Positions 49,328 to 59,452 of a stretch of 64,000 nt of DNA are shown in pieces. Origin of the DNA: an uncultured Candidatus Saccharibacteria bacterium. Its GTDB lineage: Bacteria; Patescibacteriota; 4484-211; JAGQKX01. The translations under genes and the position numbers were made by a program. The stretch spans positions 202,403 to 266,402 of the forward strand of contig CAYMOT010000001.1 in the NCBI GenBank assembly GCA_964392315.1, in the 5' to 3' direction. The notes below the pieces were generated by a model. It searched no databases, was not told the origin of the DNA, and worked only from the letters and a program-made list of their open reading frames with translations. Each line of letters starts with the position of its first letter. Position 1 is the first letter of the stretch.

Positions 49328-51090
49328 GTGTTATTACCCCCTTTTAGAAGGTTTTCATATGTATTGGTATCTAAGGGGTCATTTTTTTTGAAGATGTGTA
49401 CGGTCGGATGATCAAATACGTAAAACGTTCCTTCACTGGAATGTATGTTTGTCGGGCAAAGAAGTACCTCAACCGCATTTGGCAATCGTTTGCTTATGTG
49501 TTCGGGAATGATACATGCACGTGGTGCTGTTTCATACACGTGGGTAAAGCCCAAATCACCCGCAAAGAGCGCAGTGTAATAGTTAGCGGCAATAGGGTAC
49601 CTATGTGGTAGTCGTAGTGCAGCGGATGAAACTCGATCACTCGGTAATAGGATATAGTCAGTTGTTTCTAGTGTACGTGCAAGTCGTGAATAGCTGGTTT
49701 CCGACTCATCTAATTCATACATATCTATTAAAGTAATCTGAACTCCAAGGGAAGCATTAAATGGGATAATGTTCGGGTCAAGTGCTTCTGACAGAATTGC
49801 TTGATGTGGAGAAATATTCTCCGTAAGCCATTGTGCCGCTCGTTGACGGGAGTCAGGCTGTGTGTAAATCGTGAAAAACGAAACACCGCGGAATACAACC
49901 TCTGCAATTAATACCATCACGATCACGATGACCCCTGTTTTCAGGTATTGCTTTGACAGTATGAGGTACAGTTTTGAGGCGACATATATGACGGCGATGA
50001 CGAGGAGCACTAGTGCAGGTATCATATATCGCGACCATTTTACGAACATGGACATATGAAAAGCCGTGTATCCCAGAAACACATACAAAAACAAAACTAA
50101 CGCCGGATTACGACGAATGGTTCTGACTCCATAGAGTGCAATAGCGGTCACGGCTACTGTGCCAATACCAACAAATATGTATCCACTCAAGAAGGGTAAG
50201 ACGTGCCGTAATTGGTAAACAAATGGCACCGTTTCATTAAAATTTCTCGTGTAAAACACAGGCAATGTACCGGTAGCAACCCCGCGTTCGTAGTTGAGGG
50301 AGTTAACAAATGATGCATAGTCCAGCGCAACAAAAGGGTTTGTTATAAAAAAGGTACACACTATTGCCAGCATGCATCCGGCAAGATTGTTTATGAGGGA
50401 TCGAGGAAGGTGAAACATCGAGAGAATATCTTTAAATACGAGTTTTTCTCCTTTGGAAATATTCTGCAGGAATAGTATGCCAATAGGTAGTCCAATGAGG
50501 TAGAGGCTGACAATTTTTGTGCCAATAGTGAGACCAATAATGATTCCTAGCAGGAGGAAAGAACGGAAAGTAGATTTAGCATAGGCATTGATGGCAGCCA
50601 TGTAGGTGAGTACATAAAAACACGTGAGGAATGTTTCGAATGTGGCAAAGTGTGCAAATTGTATATTGCCGATTAAAAACGTATATAAGGTTGCTCCGGT
50701 GAGTGCAAACCCGCGTGATGCCCCAAGCAAACAAGATGCATAATAGATAAGGGGAATGAGAATAATTGAGGTAAGCGCAGACAGATGCCGTCCTATGGTG
50801 AGTGCTTGCTCAACCGACACAAACCATACATCCACCGCACCCTTGAATATGTTTTGGAGGACCCCAGCTGCATAGGTCACATAGATAGGAAAAGACCCAT
50901 ACGCAAAAAACTCCGGATTGGCGTTATCGGGTACATGGATGTTGCTTACTGCGTACCCGATGTTTAGTTCATCGGGATGGACGAACGAATCAGCCCAGTT
51001 TAGATTGTACAAACGGAGGACAGAACCAACGAGGACGAAGAGGAAAAGTATAATTCTATAAAAATCCTTTGTGACAAGTGGTTTAATCAT
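49324..51090 (-). CDS. PMT/ArnT-family membrane glycosyltransferase, paralog B.
   Basis: SFVHPDELNIGYAV and FAYGSFPIYV, compared with FAYGSFPLYL in paralog A. Same topology. 4 nt overlap with paralog A. Confidence 0.65.
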   Translation of the reverse strand: MIKPLVTKDFYRIILFLFVLVGSVLRLYNLNWADSFVHPDELNIGYAVSNIHVPDNANPEFFAYGSFPIYVTYAAGVLQNIFKGAVDVWFVSVEQALTIGRHLSALTSIILIPLIYYASCLLGASRGFALTGATLYTFLIGNIQFAHFATFETFLTCFYVLTYMAAINAYAKSTFRSFLLLGIIIGLTIGTKIVSLYLIGLPIGILFLQNISKGEKLVFKDILSMFHLPRSLINNLAGCMLAIVCTFFITNPFVALDYASFVNSLNYERGVATGTLPVFYTRNFNETVPFVYQLRHVLPFLSGYIFVGIGTVAVTAIALYGVRTIRRNPALVLFLYVFLGYTAFHMSMFVKWSRYMIPALVLLVIAVIYVASKLYLILSKQYLKTGVIVIVMVLIAEVVFRGVSFFTIYTQPDSRQRAAQWLTENISPHQAILSEALDPNIIPFNASLGVQITLIDMYELDESETSYSRLARTLETTDYILLPSDRVSSAALRLPHRYPIAANYYTALFAGDLGFTHVYETAPRACIIPEHISKRLPNAVEVLLCPTNIHSSEGTFYVFDHPTVHIFKKNDPLDTNTYENLLKGGNNT

Positions 51091-51098
51091 AGGGTAAC

Positions 51099-52550
51099 TT
51101 ACAGTACCTTCTTAAGTGCTGGTAAGATGATTATTCGATGGGGCCAATAAAAAGTGAAGAAAGCAGCAATTAATTGTAGTATCCCGGCCATCAAATTATA
51201 TTCCTTTACTGGCAACGTAAGGTTGGCAGCTTGTATCAGTAAATACCACACGAATAAAGAGATAAAGAAATTAAGGTAGGTCAGTCGAATGATGCCAGAA
51301 ATTGCATTGTTTGAAAGAACGACAAAGAGAGGAAGCAGCCACATAAAGTACCAATGGTTAAAAAGTTGCAAAAAGTAGAGCAAAAAGACAAGTATTAGGA
51401 TAATAATAGCGTGGAGATAGCCCTGTATTGGCTCAAATCTCTCCGTTTTTGAGATGAATGTGAGAGTGTACATAACGGTGATAACTAACCATCCACCCAT
51501 ACCTATGTATGCAACATAGAGTGCGATCTGTTCATTACCCGATAATGCAAGAATTGCACTTGAGATTGAAAAACCTAAGAGAAGTGCCTGGTTTGCTATT
51601 CCGTTGAGGATATCTGCCTTAATAACAAGATAAATGCCTGTAGCTCCTATTATTAGGACCCAAGGGAGAATAAGTGTAACAAAACGTTTTTTGCTCACGT
51701 TTTGCCATATCCAATACAGAATAATCGGTACAATAATCACCGATATGTATTTTGTGAAAATGCTCATAGTAAGCCAAAACAGTGTTTGTGCGTAACGTTG
51801 TCTGACCATCGAATATACACTTAGCGCAAAAAAGAGAATAAACAGAATATCGTTATGAATGGCACCAACGAAGGAATAGAGTATCAGAGGGCTCATGAAG
51901 ATGGCAACAATTGCTGAGGATCTTTGGGGGGCAAGCGCCTTGGATATTTTTATGACTACAAGCATGGATAGTAGGGTTAAGAGGTACGAGATTCCCTTGT
52001 AAATGAGTGTTATGGTTACGATGGGCAATGTCCGAACAGGAATGTAAATAGCAGTATGGAGCAGCAGCCATACTGGTCCATACGGGAGGTAGGGTGATTC
52101 TGGTGTTGGTGCTAGATCAGTCTGCGGATATTGGCGCGTTGGCGAATAAATTTCGGAGTAAGGATTCTCTTGATATACCCCAAGACGCTCGGAATACCAT
52201 AAGTTTGCATAGTAATCGAGTGCATCGAGCGGGTACATAAATAAAAAAGGGATTGCAGTAATGCTAACAAATGCTATCGCAGATTTTGTGCTAATGCTTG
52301 TATATGCTTTGACAAATTTTTCAAGCAATATACAAACCAAGATTAAGCAAAAACCGATAAGGATAACTTCAGTAAATGTTAACAACTCGGGAATTCTGTA
52401 TACGCGTATTCGATCCAAAATTCCTATGGGAATCAAGTATGGAAAAAGCGCCGTGTATATTACCAGGAGTATCAGTGGTGTATACCAGGGCTTAGCGAGT
52501 ATTTTGTGCCATAGCCAGTTGTGCGACGTCCTCGCCCAGTTTAACTGCAT
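51099..52550 (-). CDS. Polytopic membrane protein (483 aa), possibly GT-C-like. Function unknown.
   Basis: About twelve transmembrane helices and no large soluble domain. The track start overlaps the upstream FAD-oxidoreductase gene by 59 nt, so the true start may be an internal or alternative codon. Confidence 0.45.
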   Translation of the reverse strand: MQLNWARTSHNWLWHKILAKPWYTPLILLVIYTALFPYLIPIGILDRIRVYRIPELLTFTEVILIGFCLILVCILLEKFVKAYTSISTKSAIAFVSITAIPFLFMYPLDALDYYANLWYSERLGVYQENPYSEIYSPTRQYPQTDLAPTPESPYLPYGPVWLLLHTAIYIPVRTLPIVTITLIYKGISYLLTLLSMLVVIKISKALAPQRSSAIVAIFMSPLILYSFVGAIHNDILFILFFALSVYSMVRQRYAQTLFWLTMSIFTKYISVIIVPIILYWIWQNVSKKRFVTLILPWVLIIGATGIYLVIKADILNGIANQALLLGFSISSAILALSGNEQIALYVAYIGMGGWLVITVMYTLTFISKTERFEPIQGYLHAIIILILVFLLYFLQLFNHWYFMWLLPLFVVLSNNAISGIIRLTYLNFFISLFVWYLLIQAANLTLPVKEYNLMAGILQLIAAFFTFYWPHRIIILPALKKVL

Positions 52551-53805
52551 AGTTTGTTCCTCTATCCCATGGATATACCTGACTCATGGATGCAAGGTAT
52601 ACATGAGAGAGTGGCGTGGTGAGTGGAGGGATTTTCTTTGAGTGATCTAATCCTACAATTGGTTGTGCATAGGGTACACGCCATAGCCAGCTTTGTTTTA
52701 TATGATGCATTGAAAAATTAGGATTAATGCGTGTTAAGTAAGGAAGAGAAGTGTTTATAAGTTCCTCTTTGGAAAGCTGCATAAGGCTATGCTCCTTGGC
52801 CAGATAATTTCCTACATACACAATGTGGTTGCCTCCGTAATGCGCTCTATCAATAAAATTGGTGTGTTCTGCGACGACCAAAAACGGCCATGAAGGATCA
52901 TGAATATTGAGCCAGTAGGTGTCATCGGTAAAGAATGGTTTTTCCAGGGAGAGTATGAGTGTTTGTGCACCGATGCCCGTAAGGCCGCTATACTGGTGAA
53001 TGTATTCAGCGGGCAGGTGGGGGAAGAGCCTCATAAAGACGGGAGGCGGTGTTGTAACAATAACAGAATCAAAGTCTAGGGGGTCCATTTTGTCTGTGTG
53101 TATGGTCCATGACGAATCTGTTTGTTCGATCCTATCGATGGTGGTGTTTGTAAAAATAGCCCCATCGTTATTGCTGATGCTGTTGGCAATTAATTCCGCG
53201 AGTGCCTGAAATCCACCTTCAAAGTATGCAAGTTTTGGGGTTCGTTTATATACACGTGCCCAGAACCAGGCTAGGTTAATTTCTGTATAGTAGTCCGCAA
53301 ACTTTCCTTCCATAAGCGGTTCCCAAAGTATATGATATGCTTGACTGCCCATAAGTTTAGGGAGTACTTCATGGGCTTTCCATCGCTCCAGAAATGTCCC
53401 ATTGTGTAGTAGGTACTTGAATATTCCCAATATGAGGCCAGTGCGTAATCGTTCAGTGAAAGGAAGTGGGGCGAACTGTAATAATGCAGCGGGCGAATCG
53501 ATCTGGTAGATTTTTTCGTTATACAGACTTGACGTTTTTGGGGAAAGAATCTGAATTTTTTCTGCTGCACCTAACTCTTCTATCAGCTTGAAGATATCAT
53601 GGTCATTGGTAAACCAGTGATGATAATACCTCTCCAGATCCCATTCCCAAGATAATGGATAGTTGTCCACAAAGTGCTTAAACCCAGCTCCAAGGCCTCC
53701 TACGTAGTTCTCTTTTTCGATGATAGAAACAAGATGGCCGTTTTTGGCTAATCGGTATCCAGCGGCAAGGCCGGTAAATCCTGCTCCAATAATTGCGACG
53801 CGCAT
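52492..53805 (-). CDS. FAD/NAD(P)-binding oxidoreductase of the amine-oxidase/UDP-galactopyranose-mutase-like superfamily. ATG at 53805.
   Basis: MRVAIIGAGFTGLAAGYRLAKNGHLVSIIEKENYVGG is a dinucleotide-binding GxGxxG followed by the conserved E...GG. HHWFTNDHDIF resembles the FHTND region of UDP-galactopyranose mutases, but the assignment is tentative. Confidence 0.7.
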   Translation of the reverse strand: MRVAIIGAGFTGLAAGYRLAKNGHLVSIIEKENYVGGLGAGFKHFVDNYPLSWEWDLERYYHHWFTNDHDIFKLIEELGAAEKIQILSPKTSSLYNEKIYQIDSPAALLQFAPLPFTERLRTGLILGIFKYLLHNGTFLERWKAHEVLPKLMGSQAYHILWEPLMEGKFADYYTEINLAWFWARVYKRTPKLAYFEGGFQALAELIANSISNNDGAIFTNTTIDRIEQTDSSWTIHTDKMDPLDFDSVIVTTPPPVFMRLFPHLPAEYIHQYSGLTGIGAQTLILSLEKPFFTDDTYWLNIHDPSWPFLVVAEHTNFIDRAHYGGNHIVYVGNYLAKEHSLMQLSKEELINTSLPYLTRINPNFSMHHIKQSWLWRVPYAQPIVGLDHSKKIPPLTTPLSHVYLASMSQVYPWDRGTNYAVKLGEDVAQLAMAQNTR

Positions 53806-53846
53806 ACGGGCATTGTATAACAAATACAATAAGCAAATATACAAAT

Positions 53847-55730
53847 ATGCAAATAAACTTTTATCTAAAAAAACGGATAAGCAAATGGGTGCTGGTGCTT
53901 GGTGTCCTTTCTTTGTTAGTTACTAACAGCGTGTACCCTGGATTGATACATGGTGACGAGTTAGAGGATCTAGAAAATGATCTTCAGAATACCAGAAACC
54001 AAATTCAGGAGTATGAGAAGCAACTTAATTCTACAAAGGCTGCAGTTGAGGCGGCTAAAAAACAGGCAGTGGGATACCAAGGTGCATTACGATCCTATTC
54101 CGGCCAACTTGAATACGCCAAAGCGCAGTTAATACAGACTACTCTTGAGCTTGACCAAAAGCAAATTGAACTCGATAGCACTGCGGCAAAAGTAAAAGAG
54201 GCTACTCTTTCGGCTCAATATCATGAAGGGGTTCTAAAGGATGTGGTACGAGATTTCTATAAAAAAACATTCAATGATGAGGTATCCTATTTGCTTGTGG
54301 GTCAAACGGCAGGTGACGTTGCTCGTACATTTGTCTACAGAGAGCGTGTTTCGGACGGTCTCCGTGCTCAATTTTTTGAAATAGTCGATATGCTTCAAGG
54401 GCTTCTCGTGCAGCAAGAAAAACTCGCAATAGATAAACAAGGCTTTGAGAAACAGCGAGAAGAGCTTCTTGCACAGCAGGCACATTTAGAACGGCAGATT
54501 GTAGCAACAAGTGCTAATTTAGCAACTGCTCAGGGGCAAGAAACGCAGTTATCACAAACCAGGAGGTCGCTAGAAGAACAAATAGGAGAATTGACTCAAA
54601 AAGAACAACAGCTATTGTCGGCAAAGTCTGCTATAACCAATTCTACCAATACTGTTGGTGAAATTGAGACGGGCTTACAGAAGGTGTCGGCCCCGTCAGC
54701 AGCAAACCTCTATTCTGTTTGGACGTATGGACATCCACATCAGGTAGGCATGAGCCAATATGGTGCATATGGTAGAGCCTTAGCGGGACAAAACTATTCG
54801 CAGATTCTCCTTGCATATTTTTCTAATGTGACTATTGAAAAATTTTGGAATGATGAAGATGTTATACCTGTCCAAGGTATGGGAGATATGAGTATGAAGG
54901 AATACCTATATCGTTTAGGAGAAATGCCAGAAGGTTGGGGAAATACTGGCGGATATGAGGCGCTGAAGGCTCAGGCGATTGCTGCACGTACCTTTGCACT
55001 CAACTACATCTACTACGCATGGAATGGGTTGGCACTCGTTGATAAATCGCCAACTCCTATTTGCACGACGCAAAGTTGCCAAGTTATTGGCAACCCCAAA
55101 ACCGGAAAATGGAAACAGGCAGTTGATGAAACAGAGGGAATGGTTATCCTTTATAGTGGAAAACCAATTACCGCATGGTATTCCGCATCAGCAGGCGGAT
55201 TCGTTTTGAGTTCAGAGGAACAGTGGGGAGGGGCTCGACCATGGGCTCAGGGTAAAAATGACTTCGATCCCCAGGGCTTTGCCTATGATGGAGGCAAGTA
55301 TATAAATCCTCCAAGCGGCTCACCCTACTACCCATGGATCGCAAATGGTAACGATGCTTCTAATCAGTGGTTGGGAAGTGACATCATGGAAGATATTTTT
55401 AATGCTACATTATTGCCGGAATCCTATAAATCTAAATTGTATAACCCCGAGTATGATTATAAGAAGTGTACGCCTCCAGGTGGGACTGCTGATGGGTTAA
55501 CTACAAACGTAATTAGGGAAATCTTGATAAGTGAAGGGATTCAGCCAGTGTCCGGCTTGATCGATATACAGAATGTTGGACAAAATTCCAAACAAACCCA
55601 ACTGCTTAAAATAACCGATCAGTTTGGTGTACGGGATATTAATGCACAGTTATTTAGAGATGCCTTCAGAAGGCGAGCTCCAGGGTGTTATGATATTCCA
55701 ACAAAACGCTTCGAAATTACTAAAAGCTAG
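53847..55730 (+). CDS. SpoIID/LytB-domain protein with an N-terminal signal or anchor and a coiled-coil region. ATG at 53847.
   Basis: N-terminal WVLVLGVLSLLVTNSVYP. A ~250 aa coiled coil. Then a SpoIID-like core (VWTYGHPHQVGMSQYGAYGRALAGQNYSQILLAYF, ...ARTFALNYIYYAWN...). Confidence 0.75.
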   Translation: MQINFYLKKRISKWVLVLGVLSLLVTNSVYPGLIHGDELEDLENDLQNTRNQIQEYEKQLNSTKAAVEAAKKQAVGYQGALRSYSGQLEYAKAQLIQTTLELDQKQIELDSTAAKVKEATLSAQYHEGVLKDVVRDFYKKTFNDEVSYLLVGQTAGDVARTFVYRERVSDGLRAQFFEIVDMLQGLLVQQEKLAIDKQGFEKQREELLAQQAHLERQIVATSANLATAQGQETQLSQTRRSLEEQIGELTQKEQQLLSAKSAITNSTNTVGEIETGLQKVSAPSAANLYSVWTYGHPHQVGMSQYGAYGRALAGQNYSQILLAYFSNVTIEKFWNDEDVIPVQGMGDMSMKEYLYRLGEMPEGWGNTGGYEALKAQAIAARTFALNYIYYAWNGLALVDKSPTPICTTQSCQVIGNPKTGKWKQAVDETEGMVILYSGKPITAWYSASAGGFVLSSEEQWGGARPWAQGKNDFDPQGFAYDGGKYINPPSGSPYYPWIANGNDASNQWLGSDIMEDIFNATLLPESYKSKLYNPEYDYKKCTPPGGTADGLTTNVIREILISEGIQPVSGLIDIQNVGQNSKQTQLLKITDQFGVRDINAQLFRDAFRRRAPGCYDIPTKRFEITKS

Positions 55731-55756
55731 GCATATTTGCATGCTAGAATGAATGT

Positions 55757-56329
55757 ATGAAGACACGCTCGATGAATCCATTCACCGCTCTCGCGGTGTC
55801 TCCGCTAAACGTATCCTTAGAGGTTCAGGAAGAGGAAGAGAGAATTGAGCTGGTCATACGAAGGCATATCATTACAAATGTGCAGTGGCTCTTCATTGCA
55901 GTGGTTTTTGGTCTTATCCCTGTGTTTATCTACTCAAGCCTCGGGCAGAATATTCTGCAAACACAACACTTTATAAATGTCATTTCTTTAAAAGGCCAAA
56001 TGGTTTTTCTAGTCCTGTGGTATGTGGTTATTAGTTTGTATGTATTACAAAACATTATAGTATGGTTTTTTAATGTACTTATTGTTACCGATAAACGAGT
56101 AATAGATCTGGATGTCTCTTGGCCATTTCATAGAGCAGTAACAGAGGCACGGTTGACGCAAGTGGAGGACGTTAGTTTTCGGCAAACAGGTTTTTTTGCA
56201 AATATTTTTAATTACGGAAACGTAAATATTCAAACTGCAGGCATTAAGCAGGACATTGAAATAGAACGTATCCCGGACCCGGCGTTCGTCCACGATAAGG
56301 TTACAGATTTTTTGCATTCAGAACCGTAA
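55757..56329 (+). CDS. Membrane protein with a bacterial PH (bPH_2/YdbS-like) domain.
   Basis: Two transmembrane helices followed by VLIVTDKRVIDLDVSWPFHRAVTEARLTQVEDVSFRQTGFFANIFNYGNVNIQTAG. That is the bPH_2 pattern. Confidence 0.5.
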   Translation: MKTRSMNPFTALAVSPLNVSLEVQEEEERIELVIRRHIITNVQWLFIAVVFGLIPVFIYSSLGQNILQTQHFINVISLKGQMVFLVLWYVVISLYVLQNIIVWFFNVLIVTDKRVIDLDVSWPFHRAVTEARLTQVEDVSFRQTGFFANIFNYGNVNIQTAGIKQDIEIERIPDPAFVHDKVTDFLHSEP

Positions 56330-56338
56330 GCTTGATTT

Positions 56339-56575
56339 ATGCTAAACCTACCAATTTTTGACATTATGAAAGATGTGGACGTGGCTCTTTGGATAGAGAG
56401 GATATTTGTTGCTGGGATAGTGATTTTGGTTATACCTTTTAGCTTATTACTTTTGACACAAATTCGTCTGTTGAATAGATTTTTCAAGACACCTGCTGCA
56501 AGTTTGTGGAGCAGTATTACACTATTGCTTCTAATAATAACTGTAGGAGCAACGGTGTGGTATGTTTTGGGATAG
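56339..56575 (+). CDS. Small two-transmembrane membrane protein, hypothetical.
   Basis: 78 aa with two hydrophobic helices. Tightly spaced between flanking genes. Confidence 0.3.
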   Translation: MLNLPIFDIMKDVDVALWIERIFVAGIVILVIPFSLLLLTQIRLLNRFFKTPAASLWSSITLLLLIITVGATVWYVLG

Positions 56576-56581
56576 AACTCT

Positions 56582-58495
56582 ATGGATAAACGACTATCGA
56601 TACGTCCGTATACTATTGTAGGAACCGCAGGGAGCAATGATGCGTTCTCGCGTGTGTTTGTTTATCAACCGGGAGATGCGCAAATGCTTGCAACGCATGG
56701 AGAGCTCTATGTTGTTTTTTCGGCAACAATACCAGGGCTTACGGTCGACTGGGAGCGAATAGCCGTAGAGTCGTTCGACCAGCTTAAGTCAGAATATTAC
56801 GCACAGCAAAGTGGTAGTGTTATGCATAATTTGGAGCAAGCGTTGATTGGGGCACGGCATACGTTTGCCCAAAAGGTACAAGACCTAACAGCTGGTAGCA
56901 CGTTGCCGCCTACTGATTTGCATCTTGGGGCCTTGGTTGTTTGGGGAGGTAGTTTTGTATATTTTGCTTCAGGAAAAGTATATTTTGCCCTAGCCAGAAA
57001 TGGTGAACTAATCAATATGTCGAGTGATCGATTTGCCCAAGAGAGTCTCAAAGATCACGACGCCTTTGTCTTGGGAACTACGATATTCGGCGAGCGTATT
57101 GATGTAGCATTAGTACAACAAATCTTACAAAGTGAGTTAAGTGATGATTGGCAAAAGGCTCTGAGAGATCAAGTTAAAGATGCCGAAGAAGGGGCGCTTT
57201 TGTCTGGTGTAGTGTTAAGTGTTCACACAGAGGAAATCCCTGATGCAGAAGATGTTATTGAATTACACATGCCCGCGCAGGCTGAAGAGGGATTACAGAA
57301 GGGAAGTCTATGGGATAAGTTCTCGGTACTGGGCACGGTGGTAGTGCGGGTGAAGAGTGTTTTTTCGGCTGCCGTGATTGGTGCAATATCACGGCTTCCT
57401 CGAAAAATGTCAGATGAAGTGTACGTTAAGGCAACAACACCAACACGTTTTCCGCGAAAATGGGTACTTGTATTGCTTCTCGGCGGGTTGCTGTTTATCA
57501 GTGTGTATGTTACCTACCGTATGAACACAAAGAAGGAAACAACGCTTCAGCACGCTGCGCGGGAAACTGATTTGCTAGCGAGTATTGACCGCGCGCGGGA
57601 ATTACAACGCATAGATCCAGTGCAGTCTGAACAAGCACTCTCGTTAATTCAGGAAAACATAGGGCAAGTGCAGGGGGTATCTGATTTGGTTACGTCAAAA
57701 TTGCATGAGGCATACGATGCACTGTATGCCACGATTGCCTTGTCATGGTCGAGATATCCTATACAAGAGTTAGCGCCCACCGTTATTGTTACCCCCTATA
57801 ATGACACGGTTATTGCGGTACATACAGAAACGGGGAATGTGTACGGTCTACAACGCGATGGGAGTATTGAACCATTTGGTCAAGTTGCTGAATTTATAGG
57901 AGCACAATTTGTCACAGCGGGATCTGGTGGGATATATGGGTATCATCCGCAAAGTGGGTTGTGGTTTTATACCCTTGCGAACGCAAGCATTGAACGCATC
58001 CTGACGCAAGAAGGGCAGTGGGGTGCTGTTCATGGATTGTCTAAGTATCAAGATAATGTATATGTACTTGCTCCAGAAAAAAACAATATCTGGAAATATA
58101 TTGGTATAGGTGGAGGCAACCTGAGCCGTGGGTCCACATATTTCGTTGATCCTGTCGATATCTCCAGTGTGCGAGGGTTTGCTATTGATGGACATGTCTA
58201 TGTATTGTCATCATCCGGGGAGGTGAAAAAATTCTTGGGAGGGCGGCGTACGGATTTCTCGCTTCATGGTATTTATCCAGACTTACAAAATCCACAACAG
58301 ATAGATACTGGCGTTGACTTTGCACATATATACATAAGAGATGGCGAGTCAATTCTAGCTTTTGACACTGACGGCTTATATATTCGGCGATTCAGCGCTC
58401 CGGAAGGCGCTATGCAGCATTTTTCTATAAGTTCAGATGAATCCTATGTAGTGGTTGTAACTGACAGAGGAGTATTCTCTTCCCCAATCAAGTAA
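56582..58495 (+). CDS. Large hypothetical protein with a central transmembrane helix (637 aa).
   Basis: The N-terminal ~270 aa are soluble, then a single transmembrane helix (WVLVLLLGGLLFISVYVTY), then a C-terminal ~330 aa beta-rich region. No family recognised by eye. Confidence 0.4.
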   Translation: MDKRLSIRPYTIVGTAGSNDAFSRVFVYQPGDAQMLATHGELYVVFSATIPGLTVDWERIAVESFDQLKSEYYAQQSGSVMHNLEQALIGARHTFAQKVQDLTAGSTLPPTDLHLGALVVWGGSFVYFASGKVYFALARNGELINMSSDRFAQESLKDHDAFVLGTTIFGERIDVALVQQILQSELSDDWQKALRDQVKDAEEGALLSGVVLSVHTEEIPDAEDVIELHMPAQAEEGLQKGSLWDKFSVLGTVVVRVKSVFSAAVIGAISRLPRKMSDEVYVKATTPTRFPRKWVLVLLLGGLLFISVYVTYRMNTKKETTLQHAARETDLLASIDRARELQRIDPVQSEQALSLIQENIGQVQGVSDLVTSKLHEAYDALYATIALSWSRYPIQELAPTVIVTPYNDTVIAVHTETGNVYGLQRDGSIEPFGQVAEFIGAQFVTAGSGGIYGYHPQSGLWFYTLANASIERILTQEGQWGAVHGLSKYQDNVYVLAPEKNNIWKYIGIGGGNLSRGSTYFVDPVDISSVRGFAIDGHVYVLSSSGEVKKFLGGRRTDFSLHGIYPDLQNPQQIDTGVDFAHIYIRDGESILAFDTDGLYIRRFSAPEGAMQHFSISSDESYVVVVTDRGVFSSPIK

Positions 58496-58505
58496 AATAA
58501 TAGAC

Positions 58506-58952
58506 ATGCCAACACTACATCAGAATAAAGACGTGTTTTTCAAATTTGACCTTAAGGAGAGGTATGAAGCTGGAATGGAGCTGGCTGGTTGGGAAGTGCA
58601 GTCGATCAAACATGGAAACATCCAATTACAGGGAAGCTATGTACGGATACTGGGTGATGAGTTGTATCTGGTGAATGCACATGTGTCAGTACCGCAAGTG
58701 GTCGCTGGCGATCTTGATCCAACGAGAAGTAGGCGATTACTCCTAAAAAGGTCGGAGATTACACAAATTCAACTGGAAATGCAGAAAAAAGGGTTAACCC
58801 TTGTTCCGGTGAGGCTGTTTGTAACGCGCGGGCTGATTAAGTTAGAGATAGCCCTTGCGAAAGGCAAGAAGCGCTTTGAACAGGCACTTGCCAAAAAACG
58901 CAAAACCCAAGAAAAGTCCCTCCGGAGAGAAATGAAAGACCTAGGATATTAA
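58506..58952 (+). CDS. smpB: SsrA-binding protein SmpB.
   Basis: KDVFFKFDLKERYEAGMELAGWEVQSIK...LYLVNAHVS...RRLLLKRSEITQI matches the SmpB family throughout. Basic C-terminal tail. The tmRNA gene follows. Confidence 0.9.
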   Translation: MPTLHQNKDVFFKFDLKERYEAGMELAGWEVQSIKHGNIQLQGSYVRILGDELYLVNAHVSVPQVVAGDLDPTRSRRLLLKRSEITQIQLEMQKKGLTLVPVRLFVTRGLIKLEIALAKGKKRFEQALAKKRKTQEKSLRREMKDLGY

Positions 58953-58987
58953 CGCCTTTTCCGTTGAACACTAATTGTATACATTAC

Positions 58988-59016
58988 TTGCACTTTCTGT
59001 TGCTATGCGCTATAAT
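58988..59016 (+). promoter_or_regulatory. Sigma70-type promoter for ssrA (TTGCAC, 17 nt spacer, TATAAT).
   Basis: TTGCAC at 58988-58993. A 17-nt spacer. TATAAT at 59011-59016. The mature tmRNA 5' GGGG begins 21 nt downstream. Confidence 0.5.
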
Positions 59017-59036
59017 GATCCGCGTATATGTTACAT

Positions 59037-59447
59037 GGGGATGTAGTAGATTCGACGGAAAAGCACGTTTACATCTGGCAAGCCAGGAGTGGTTTCCTGC
59101 CCTTCATTGAAGGGGAATAACCAAAAACCTTAAACGGCAATATTAAAAATGCCATCGCACAGGCGTTTGACAACGTAGCAGCAGCATTTATGACTCCTGC
59201 ACTTGCGTAACACTTTGTGTGACATCCACTTGTGTTAGTCCTCGTAGATACAAGCCGGGTGCCATACGTACGAGGCGCGACGGAAGCGTTGATTGGCCAG
59301 CTTCTGTTGCAGTATCGGCCAATCCGTGGATTTATCACGTTCCTTCTTTAGAAGGATTAATCTCCCTGCTTTTTGCAGGAAAAGCTTGTATATCTAGATG
59401 TGTTCTGATTTTACCGGACGCGGGTGCGACCCCCGCCATCTCCACCA
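59037..59447 (+). ncRNA. ssrA: Transfer-messenger RNA (tmRNA, SsrA).
   Basis: 5' end GGGGATGTAGTAGATTCGACGG (tRNA-like acceptor and D-analogue). 3' end GGACGCGGGTGCGACCCCCGCCATCTCCACCA (T-arm, acceptor, CCA). The internal tag reading frame ...AIAQAFDNVAAAFMTPALA ends in TAA at 59208-59210. Located directly downstream of smpB. Confidence 0.85.
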
Positions 59448-59452
59448 AAAGG

